DNA of 30,863 nt from a virus. Numbering within the stretch: the first letter of the stretch is position 1; every line of letters begins with the position of its first letter. Positions 1 through 7,684 of this stretch are shown here, piece by piece. The translations under genes were made by a program, and so were the position numbers. Under the pieces are notes generated by a model. It was given only the letters and a program-made list of their open reading frames with translations. It ran no database searches and was not told the origin of the DNA. The stretch covers positions 1 through 30,863 of IMG/VR virus record IMGVR_UViG_3300045988_114391; one strand, written 5' to 3'.

Positions 1-99
1 AGTTTGTCCTTGGTTTTCCTTAGTCTCTTCTTCATCTCCCTTTCCGAAGAGTGTAGGGTACTCAGCGTTGATACTTGCAATAAGTTTACAAAAAAAAAC
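1..99. repeat. Exact 99-nt terminal duplication (1..99 = 30765..30863): circular-closure overlap or short direct terminal repeat
   Basis: Read directly: both ends read agtttgtccttgg...aagtttacaaaaaaaaac. A minus-strand ORF continues in frame across the junction. Confidence 0.9.
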
Positions 100-557
100 A
101 TTATGTCTGAAAATATATCTATTGTTAGATGAGTATTTAAGAATTCTGCCTCATCAATAGGGTCATAATCTTCTCCATACTTCTTTCCATTAGGTAGCAA
201 GAAACAAGCTGCTAGATTAGGCATAAAATCATCATACTGCTTATAAAAATTCTGAAAGTCAATATATTGACTGGCCGTCATCTTATTAACATTAAAAAAG
301 ACTTTATATTCTTTATTGCCAATATTATAAGTAGTTTCTGGGGTTTTTGGCTTATATGGAGTCTCTATAAATTTAAGATTATTTATAAACTCTTGTAGCT
401 TGTTTACTTCCATATTAGTTATATCTTCTATAGGTATATCACTAAGTACAGATACCATAGCTAAATTCATATCTAATTCATTTTCCCAGTCTTTTCGTAT
501 TATCTCAAACAGTCTTTTATAATGAGATAAATTCATTTCATTCCAATTCTTTATCAT
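1..557 (-). CDS. Hypothetical protein, 5-prime part. It starts at 557, runs off the window start and continues at the window end across the circular junction.
   Basis: ATG at 557..555 overlaps the terL stop as TAATG. 185 open codons (MIKNWNEMNLSHYKRLFEII...). No family recognised. Contains the T9 run at 90..98. Confidence 0.6.
   Translation of the reverse strand, partial: MIKNWNEMNLSHYKRLFEIIRKDWENELDMNLAMVSVLSDIPIEDITNMEVNKLQEFINNLKFIETPYKPKTPETTYNIGNKEYKVFFNVNKMTASQYIDFQNFYKQYDDFMPNLAACFLLPNGKKYGEDYDPIDEAEFLNTHLTIDIFSDIMFFFVNLLQVSTLSTLHSSEREMKKRLRKTKDK
90..98 (-). promoter_or_regulatory. T9 homopolymer (A9 on the + strand): candidate -1 frameshift site or homopolymer miscall
   Basis: mRNA reads atg ttt ttt ttt gta. 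The -1 frame (tgt aaa ctt...) stays open for about 105 further codons with five TGA codons and no TAA/TAG, ending at 30537. Frame 0 ends at TAG 30680. Confidence 0.45.
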
Positions 558-1840
558 TATTTAATTGCAATATTATAAGTTCCTTTATTTGTATTTAAAG
601 CATCATAAGCTAACATTAAAGATATACAAGTATCATCATTAAATCCAGATGGAGCATTATAACTAACATTTCCAGTCTTTGGATTATAACTGGCTTCATA
701 TAGTCTTAATTCATTTAATAGTTTATCATCCTTTAAAATACCAATCTTTTCGTTTTCTAATGCCGCTTGTAGCTTATTTACAATAGCTGCCTTAGACTTA
801 TTAGTAGTTAAAAACTTAACTATCCGTAATTTAGGATTCCTTTTTACAAGAATATCATAAAACACTGAACCTATTGAGTTTTGTTCGACTTGAACTATCT
901 TTATAAATCCCTGATACTCAGTGAATATATTTGTCAGTAAATCAACTTGTTCTGTTGGAGTTTTGTCGTTAAAATACTTTATAAAGACCATCTGCCCATT
1001 TTCATTTAAAGCTGTAATACAAGTATAGTCTTTACCAGAACCAGTAGCCCAGTCAACTCCAATATAGAGATTATGATATTCAGGTTTTTTATCAATTATA
1101 CAGTTAGCTATATTATTAAATAGGCAACCATCATCGTCTGCAAACTCTCCAAGATATTCAGTTCTAAATTTATTTTTGGAGGTTGTAAGGCGATACATTT
1201 CAAGTTTATCCTCACTTAACAGCATAGAAGTATCTTCTAATGCTCAATCAAAGGATTGATAATATTTACTAAAATTACCATCAAAGCCCTTTTTAAAGCA
1301 TTCATAAAAGAATCCTTCTCTAAACCTTGGAGTACTAATTATAAGTATTGGAGCATTCCATACATCAGCGATAGGTGTTAAAATTTCGTATACTTCATCT
1401 GATATATAAGCTGCTTCGTCAATTACTAATATTCCACTAACTGTAAATCCTCGTAATGAATCTTTTTGCTCAGCAGATTTAAATAGTATTTCACTCCCAT
1501 TAGTAAATTCAATCTCAAGCAAAGATTCATTCTTTTTCTTAATAATATCTGTGCCATCTAATGCCTTTACTAACTCTTTAAATATCTTTCTGGAGTTAGT
1601 AAGAGTTGGTTCAACAATACAGCTAATACTTCCAGGATAGTTAATTGAAAATCGTAATAGTTCATTTTCTGCCATAAAGGATTTACCACATTGTCTCTTT
1701 GCTTTTACAGTAAATATTTTTCCAGACCTATAAGAGTGCTCTAAAGCAGTATGTACCTTTAATTGATAGATAAATGGGCTATATCCTTTATATATTTTTG
1801 TCATTGTTAATTGGATCTCCAAATTTAAACTGGACTTCAT
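557..1840 (-). CDS. terL: Terminase large subunit (one in-frame TGA at 1244..1246; alternative start at 1804)
   Basis: Track ORFs 1244..1840 (Walker A QCGKS, Walker B LVIDEAAY) and 557..1225 (RNaseH-like nuclease, IGVDWATGSGKDYT, FNDDTCISL) are in one frame, separated only by TGA. 1284 nt = 428 codons. Confidence 0.9.
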
Positions 1841-2240
1841 TATTCTGAATAGCTACAATAGTCTCAGGTTGATTTAATCCAAACATACTATTTATAGTCT
1901 TAATAATCTCATTTGCAGCTCTAATATCTCCCTTACTAATAGCAGTATCCAGTAATGATTCCAATCTTGATAATTGTATATGTCTAAGATTTTTTATAAG
2001 GTTATCGTTCTTTTCAGCAATTATCTTATAAGCTTCTCCAATATATCTTGCAGCCGTTGATTGGCTTACATTATATTTACTTTGAAGTTCTTCACTTACT
2101 TTATTCCTTGACCATCCTTTGTTAAATAACCTTGCAGCATAAAGATATTTAGTCTTTACTTCGTCTATTTGTTCCTTTTCTACCTCTGCCTTTTTCGGTC
2201 TCCCTGTTTTCTTCGGCAGTTCCTGATTCTTTACTTTCAT
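1788..2240 (-). CDS. terS: Putative terminase small subunit (HTH protein directly upstream of terL)
   Basis: The segment GWSRNKVSEELQSKYNVSQSTAARYIGEAYK looks like an HTH. Position immediately 5-prime of terL. TAA stop. Confidence 0.55.
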   Translation of the reverse strand: MKVKNQELPKKTGRPKKAEVEKEQIDEVKTKYLYAARLFNKGWSRNKVSEELQSKYNVSQSTAARYIGEAYKIIAEKNDNLIKNLRHIQLSRLESLLDTAISKGDIRAANEIIKTINSMFGLNQPETIVAIQNNEVQFKFGDPINNDKNI

Positions 2241-2484
2241 TTTCCTTTAGTTTTTCTTGATATTCAAAATAGATTGGGGCAATCCTCTTTATAAGATTAA
2301 GTATACAAGTAGCACAAGCTACGCTCATTCTATATTCTTGTTCAATTAAACATTCATAAATCTCTTTAAGCTTAATTACATCCTGCTTTTGTACATTTCT
2401 GCAATAATTAGACTTAGTTGCAGTTACAAATCTATCTTCAAATCCTCTTAAATATTTAAACTGCTCTTCTGTTAATTGTTTCAT
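2149..2484 (-). CDS. Hypothetical protein
   Basis: Uninterrupted 111-codon ORF with a TAA stop. Its last 92 nt overlap the terS ORF in another frame. Confidence 0.5.
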   Translation of the reverse strand: MKQLTEEQFKYLRGFEDRFVTATKSNYCRNVQKQDVIKLKEIYECLIEQEYRMSVACATCILNLIKRIAPIYFEYQEKLKENESKESGTAEENRETEKGRGRKGTNRRSKD

Positions 2485-2573
2485 AATTAGCGCTTTTTAG
2501 TATAAGTAAATATAGAAATTAACTTTCCATTCTTGTAGTGATAAATAACTTCTGTTTCCATAAAATATAATTT

Positions 2574-2912
2574 TTAATTAATAAGTTTGTATATAACATC
2601 TATCAGCTTAGTAGATGCATCTTTTAATAATATCATAATATCTTTAATAATTGGAGTCATAAATGCTAATAGTGCAATATACCCAACCATTAAAATTGAA
2701 AATTGACTTGTAATAAGAATATATATTAATCCAATTCACCAAGTCATACATAAACTGCAATCTAAAGGTTTTAGTCTTCAATCTTCTTTATAAGGTATAC
2801 CTTTAAATAGTCTTTTTCAAATACTGTGTTTAAAACTATCCAAAGCCCCAGATAAATCAATTATAAAGACTATTATTACTGCTATTATAAATAATTCTAA
2901 CATAATCTTCAT
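2574..2912 (-). CDS. Small integral membrane protein (three in-frame TGA)
   Basis: Hand translation: MKIMLELFIIAVIIVFIIDLSG...PLDCSLCMTW[W]IGLIYILITSQFSILMVGYIALLAF... Hydrophobic segments. TGA at 2817, 2778 and 2736. TAA stop at 2574. Confidence 0.55.
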
Positions 2913-3382
2913 ACATAATTATAACCTGTTTTATATTTGCCATATAAACAAGCTCGAATTGAATAATCACACTTACCTAAAGCTTCCGCAGCTTCTTTAA
3001 TAGAATTATACTTTTTAACTAGAGTTCCGTTAAGATCATATTGAGCTACAGGTTTTGAAAGGTAAGAAGAAATCTTTTTATTTCTAGTTCCATAATTTGT
3101 ATTATATTTCCTAGTACATCATTCTAGATTTTCGACTCTATTGTCAGTCTTATCTTCATTAATATGATTTACTTCTGGTAAATTATATATATTTGGTATA
3201 AATGTTTCAGCTACTAATCTATGTATAGACTTCATTTTAACTTTTCCATTTTTTCATAGTCCTACTGCTAAGTAGTTATTTCTAATAGTAGGTTTAATAA
3301 ATTTATTTGTCCTTATACTATAAACTTCTCCGATATTATTTACTTTATAAAGACCTTCATAATTAGCTATATCCTTCCACAT
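2897..3382 (-). CDS. HNH homing endonuclease (NUMOD4-like N-terminus, HNH core, C-terminal DNA-binding tail); three in-frame TGA
   Basis: MWKDIANYEGLYKVNNIGEVYS..., HRLVAETFIPN, VNHINEDKTDNRVENLE[TGA]CTRKYNTNYGT. Invisible in the standard-code track. TAG stop at 2897. Confidence 0.85.
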
Positions 3383-3621
3383 ATTTTATTTCTAATATTA
3401 CTTATACACCTTGATATGGTAGTATGACTAATTCCCAATATTTTTCCCACTTCTCTATAACTGTGATATTCAGCATATAATATGATTACTGTCTTATCTG
3501 CCTTATTAAGCTCAAGTCATTTTGGATATATACTTAATAGTCTATCATCCATATTTGTAAACATACTATAGTCTATTTCATACTCAGTAAGTAAATCGTC
3601 AATATTAATCTTCCGTTTCAT
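3367..3621 (-). CDS. Sigma-70 region-4-like HTH protein (one in-frame TGA)
   Basis: LELNKADKTVIILYAEYHSYREVGKILGISHTTISRCISNIRNKI resembles the region 4.2 HTH of ECF sigma factors. TAG stop at 3367. Confidence 0.6.
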
Positions 3622-3913
3622 TTAATCAATCCTCCAATTCGTCATTTTGTTGTTCAAGTGGTTCTTTAACAATCTCATAATATTTCTTATAGGTATAGTA
3701 ATATCTACTTGTTTTACTAAACCAATAATTCTTAAATAATCTTGTAATCCAAAATTTCAATTCATTTTTGCTATCAAGCTGATTTAATTTTGGATTTGAA
3801 TACTCTAGTATTTCTACAAAAATCATTTGAACACAGTCATCATCTGCACCAAATTTTTGCTTAAGTTCCATAATAAATGGATAGTACTTTTCTACAATTT
3901 CGTTATTACTCAT
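3605..3913 (-). CDS. Sigma-70 region-2-like protein (track ORF 3626..3913 extended through TGA to TAA at 3605)
   Basis: EKYYPFIMELKQKFGADDDCVQMIFVEILEY...ELKFWITRLFKNYWFSKTSR resembles the ECF sigma region 2 pattern (..D.vQ..f..l.....W...i..N.....R). Its 3-prime end overlaps the start of the region-4-like gene. Confidence 0.5.
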
Positions 3914-4400
3914 ATGTTCACATATATCCTCCTGCTGTTTTTCGCTGCCCTTTAAGAACCTTTACAATATTTCTAGATTGTATATTTAGTTCTCTCTCAG
4001 CATCTATTGTTGAATCCCATCTTTTAATAACTATTCCATTTAGTAATTGCAGTATTGGTTTCTTATGACTATATCCAGCTCGCAGATTATGAGTTCCATA
4101 ATTATTATTATAATTATAAGTACACCATTCTAAATTACTTACGTTATTATTTGATTTATTTTCATCCTTATGATTTATACAAGGATAGTTATTCGGATTA
4201 GATATAAAAGTTTCAGCTACTAATCTATGTATATAACACTTCTTTTTCAAATTTTTATTATATAATGTTACTGTAAAGTACCCATTAGTTTTTACTTGAG
4301 GTTTTAACCTCTTTGGAACTGATGCTCTTAAACTTCATATTGAGCCATCAGTTCCAATTTGGTAGTTTTCAAAATTAAGTATTCTTTTATAGGCTATCAT
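3906..4400 (-). CDS. HNH homing endonuclease, paralogue of 2897..3382 (two in-frame TGA)
   Basis: MIAYKRILNFENYQIGTDGSI[TGA]SLRA..., HRLVAETFISN, INHKDENKSNNNVSNLEWCTYNYNNNYGT, C-terminus AGGYM[TGA]TYE then TAA. Confidence 0.85.
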
Positions 4401-4824
4401 TTGCTATATAATTACTAAATTCTGTATTTACATCTATCTTAATGGCTTTCTTTAAAGACAACTCTGTTTTTAATGAATAGCCATAAGTTCCTCCAAAATC
4501 TGTTGTAGAACAACCATATTTCATAGAATCCTTTATAAAGGCTTGTTTTATATCTTTAAATATATATACTCCATCATCAAATATTATTACTAATATAGAA
4601 TTATTTCTTGATAGCATATCAAATTTATCCCTATTAATAATAGTGGTTGGATATTTATTAGAATTGAATCTTCTTCTTTTAACTTCAATTATATAATCAA
4701 TTCCATTCCAATTAAATGTTCCATCATACCTGGAATAATCGTCTTTACATCATTCTATATCTATATTAAATTTCTCTTTAAATAGATTCTTTGTAAAGAC
4801 TAAACTTCTTATATCTGTTTTCAT
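4387..4824 (-). CDS. Hypothetical protein with a possible PD-(D/E)xK nuclease motif (one in-frame TGA)
   Basis: MKTDIRSLVFTKNLF...DIE[TGA]CKDDYSRYDGTFNWNGIDYIIEVKRRRF... joins track ORF 4387..4617. The D...EVK arrangement suggests a restriction-endonuclease-like fold. Confidence 0.5.
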
Positions 4825-5063
4825 TATTTTATATTATTAATTTTAAGTGTTAAATCACAATATTCTTCATATAAATTAGATACTTCTTCACTTGCTGGAT
4901 TAACCCACATTACTGAATCTAATTTATGTTTTAATTCTGCTCTTTCTAATCTTAATTCAAATGTTTTATGTTGTCTTTCCTGATAGACTTCATTTACTCT
5001 AAAACCTGCAACAATTGAAGATGCAATTAAAAGACCAACTAAAATTTTATTTATTTTTTTCAT
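4824..5063 (-). CDS. Small N-terminally anchored membrane protein; first gene of the leftward operon
   Basis: MKKINKILVGLLIASSIVAGF followed by a charged helical segment. TAA stop overlaps the next ATG as TAATG. Confidence 0.6.
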   Translation of the reverse strand: MKKINKILVGLLIASSIVAGFRVNEVYQERQHKTFELRLERAELKHKLDSVMWVNPASEEVSNLYEEYCDLTLKINNIK

Positions 5064-5107
5064 AATTTTATTATTTAATATGTTAATACTTGTTTATTAT
5101 TGTACTA

Positions 5108-5140
5108 CAAAGATAATACATTTTTTATTCAATTTCCAAA
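5108..5140 (-). promoter_or_regulatory. Bacteroidota-type promoter for the leftward operon
   Basis: On the minus strand: TTTG (5140..5137), a 21-nt spacer, then TATCTTTG (5115..5108), about 45 nt upstream of the ATG at 5063. Confidence 0.5.
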
Positions 5141-5216
5141 TTTTTTAGGTATTATTTTTATTATTTTCAAAAAAATATTACTATTTGTATTTTTATTATA
5201 TATTAATAAAAACAAT

Positions 5217-5702
5217 ATGATTTACGTAATTAAATTAACTAAAACGAATTTTATTAAAGTTGGTTACACTACTAATATAAGTGGCAGACTAACTGCTTAT
5301 AAAAATACTATTCCAAATGAGATGATAGAATTTTTTATAGCAAAAGAAGGAAATAGAGATGATGAAAATTATTATAGAGATAAATATAGAGCATATAAAA
5401 CTAAGAGTAATTCAGAATGGTTAAAACTTCCAGATGAATTAATTGTAGAGCTATTAGCAGATTTTAAGAGTGCAAATAATATAAAAATAAATAAACAAAG
5501 CAAAAAAGAATGATATAATGAGAATATAGATAAATTAGTAGAATTGTGCTTATCTGGAGTATCATTAAATAGAGCTGCAATTCAATTAAATGCACTAAAT
5601 TGAGACTGAATAAAATATGCTAATCAAAGATACGAAAAAGAGAATGGCAAAAAATTAACAAAACTTTGGGTAAGAAAAATCAAGAAAAGTTTTGCAGAAT
5701 AA
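5217..5702 (+). CDS. T5orf172 (GIY-YIG-related) domain protein with a C-terminal HTH-like extension (three in-frame TGA)
   Basis: MIYVIKLTKTNFIKVGYTTNISGRLTAYKN...SEWLKLPDELI matches the T5orf172 pattern. Reads through TGA at 5511, 5601 and 5607 to TAA at 5700..5702. TGG is also used (KLWV). Confidence 0.75.
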
Positions 5703-5721
5703 AAATTTATTATTATATTTG
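5691..5721 (+). promoter_or_regulatory. Bacteroidota-type promoter P1
   Basis: TTTG (5691..5694), a 19-nt spacer, then TATATTTG (5714..5721). Shares the core ATTATATTTG with P2 and P3. Confidence 0.5.
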
Positions 5722-5769
5722 TAGTGTAAAGAAAAAAATAATTTTTTATTAAAAATAATACCCGAATTA

Positions 5770-5801
5770 TTTGGAAATTTAATTTTTATGTATTATATTT
5801 G
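5770..5801 (+). promoter_or_regulatory. Bacteroidota-type promoter P2
   Basis: TTTG (5770..5773), a 20-nt spacer, then TATATTTG (5794..5801). Confidence 0.5.
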
Positions 5802-5829
5802 CAGTATGAAACTAAAACTAATAATTCTA

Positions 5830-5855
5830 GGCAGGTGAAAGTCCTGCCACTTTTT
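5830..5855 (+). terminator. Intrinsic terminator or attenuator
   Basis: ggcagg-tgaaagt-cctgcc hairpin followed by actttttg. Confidence 0.65.
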
Positions 5856-5864
5856 GAATCTTAC

Positions 5865-5914
5865 TGTCAAGTTTTTTACTCACTTTTAGTAGTAAGAAAA
5901 TAAAAATATTGACA
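5865..5914 (+). repeat. Intergenic 50-bp element, copy S1
   Basis: TGTCAAGTTTTTTACTCAC-ttttagtag-TAAGAAAATAAAAATA-TTGACA. The 18-nt head is identical in S1, S2 and S3, and the ends are inverted (TGTCAA/TTGACA). Confidence 0.8.
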
Positions 5915-5944
5915 AAAACTTTAACTATTTAAATTATTAAAATT

Positions 5945-7666
5945 ATGAAAACATATTTAAACAATTTGATTAATGAGTTGCCAACTAACTGCTTATTTGA
6001 TAAAGGAAAAGTTGGATGTGGAGGAACTTCAATGGCAATTGAATGTAATAAGCCTTATGTTATTTGTGTTCCATTTACTAGCTTAGTTGAGAATAAACTT
6101 CAACAATATCCAAATGAAAGACGTACTGAGAAGATATTTGGAGTTTATGCTGGAGTTACTATTAAAGAGATTAAAGATTACGTAGATAGTGTTAAATGTC
6201 CTAAAATTATTGTTACATATAACTCACTTCCGAAGGTTATTTCTGCAGTTAATACTAAAGAATACAGTTTATTAGTAGATGAATATCATATACTATTTAA
6301 TCAGTATAGCTTTAGAAAGGATGCTATTAAACCTGTTTTAGAGAACTATAAATTATTTAAAGATTTTACATTTATGACTGCAACTCCTCTTGAAGAAGAA
6401 TTCGTATTAGATGAATTAAAAGATTTAGAATTAGTAAAACAAGAATGGGATGATGTTATTGAAACTAAGGTACAAGCCGTTAAATGTAAGAATGTTGAAG
6501 CTTCAACTATTAAATTAATTAATGCTGTTCTTAATAATCAAGTTGAAGGTAATGTTTATATATTTGTAAATTCTGTGGACTTTATAAAGAATCTTATTCA
6601 GAAAGCTAAACTTACAGAAGAGAATACCAGAGTTATATATTCCAAAAACAATAAAACCAAATTATCAATTCATAATTCTACAGTATTAGATGAACCTAAG
6701 AAAATAAATTTATTAACTTCTACAGTATTTGAAGGTTCTGATATTTATGATGAAAATGGAAGAATTGTAGTAGTAAGTGATGCTCAAAAAGCACAAACTC
6801 TTCTTGACATCTCAACTTCAATCCAACAGATTGCTGGCAGAATTAGAAATAGTAAATATTTAAACTGGATAACTCATCTTTACTCAGCAACAAGATATGC
6901 AGATATTAGTTATGAAGACTTTAAAAAGAAGAATATCCAGAATATTGAGGAAACTAAGATTGCTGTAGATGCTTACAATGCAATGCCTGAAGTTGCAAGA
7001 AAGAAACTTAAAGAATTTACATCTGATACTTATATCCAAGTAAATGATGATTTTACATTTACATTTGATCCAAATATGGCTAAGGTAGATATTTTTAACT
7101 TTAAAGTGACAAGAGGTTTATATTCTATTAGAACGAATCTTAATAAAGAATATATAAAGAATGGATTTAAAAAAGTAATAGAATGTGAAGACAACTCTAT
7201 TAAGATTGATTTTGAATCTGATAATAAACCATTTAAAGAACTAATTAAAGAAGTTAGAACAGAATGGGAAAATAAATTTAAACTGAATACTCCACTCTTA
7301 AATGATGCTATTATTAAATATCCTTGGTTACCAGAAGCTATTAGTAAATTAGGATTCGAAAAGATGGCAAGCTTGAAATATTGCATTTCGGATATTAAAG
7401 ATGCTCTATTAAAGAAATCAAATAAAAGTGCAGATAATAAAGCAGCTAAGAAGTTAAATCAATCAATTACTCTTGGAATGTGGTATTCTAACGCTGATAT
7501 TAAAAAGTTTGTTAAAGAAGCTTATGAAATTAGTGATATTACTATTACTCCAAAAGCAACAGAAATTGATAAATATTATGAAGTTAAAAAATGCCAGAAA
7601 AGAGTAAATGGTAAACAAACTGAAGGTTATGTAATTATTAATAAAAAATTTGTATTTAATAAATAA
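5945..7666 (+). CDS. SF2 (DEAD/DEAH-like) helicase; probable replication/early protein
   Basis: Walker-A-like KGKVGCGGTS, LLVDEYH (motif II), FMTATP (motif III), QQIAGRIRN (motif VI). 573 codons with no TGA. TAA stop. Confidence 0.8.
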   Translation: MKTYLNNLINELPTNCLFDKGKVGCGGTSMAIECNKPYVICVPFTSLVENKLQQYPNERRTEKIFGVYAGVTIKEIKDYVDSVKCPKIIVTYNSLPKVISAVNTKEYSLLVDEYHILFNQYSFRKDAIKPVLENYKLFKDFTFMTATPLEEEFVLDELKDLELVKQEWDDVIETKVQAVKCKNVEASTIKLINAVLNNQVEGNVYIFVNSVDFIKNLIQKAKLTEENTRVIYSKNNKTKLSIHNSTVLDEPKKINLLTSTVFEGSDIYDENGRIVVVSDAQKAQTLLDISTSIQQIAGRIRNSKYLNWITHLYSATRYADISYEDFKKKNIQNIEETKIAVDAYNAMPEVARKKLKEFTSDTYIQVNDDFTFTFDPNMAKVDIFNFKVTRGLYSIRTNLNKEYIKNGFKKVIECEDNSIKIDFESDNKPFKELIKEVRTEWENKFKLNTPLLNDAIIKYPWLPEAISKLGFEKMASLKYCISDIKDALLKKSNKSADNKAAKKLNQSITLGMWYSNADIKKFVKEAYEISDITITPKATEIDKYYEVKKCQKRVNGKQTEGYVIINKKFVFNK

Positions 7667-7680
7667 AAATATTATATTTG
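7649..7680 (+). promoter_or_regulatory. Bacteroidota-type promoter P3
   Basis: TTTG (7649..7652), a 20-nt spacer, then TATATTTG (7673..7680). The ATG at 7685 follows 4 nt later. Confidence 0.5.
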
Positions 7681-7684
7681 TGAT

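Noticed and set aside
2487-2561. A 24-codon ORF (METEVIYHYKNGKLISIFTYTKKR) filling the gap between two genes
   Set aside because: It is too short to support from sequence alone. It may be real given the tight packing, but I do not call it.
5100-5216. The N-terminal extension of the track ORF 5100..5513 (TTG start, MYYKDNTFFIQFPNFLGIIFIIFKK...)
   Set aside because: It is low-complexity translation of the AT-rich divergent promoter region. The T5orf172 domain begins at the ATG at 5217.
5830-5848. The hairpin ggcagg-tgaaagt-cctgcc as a tRNA T-arm, and the surrounding region as a suppressor tRNA
   Set aside because: The loop lacks the T-loop consensus (TTCRA). No complementary acceptor-stem sequence lies about 65 nt upstream. 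A T tract follows directly, so it fits an intrinsic terminator.
5806-5889. A 27-codon ORF (MKLKLIILGR[W]KSCHFLNLTVKFFTHF) starting 4 nt after promoter P2
   Set aside because: It runs through the terminator hairpin and half of element S1, so it is more likely non-coding.
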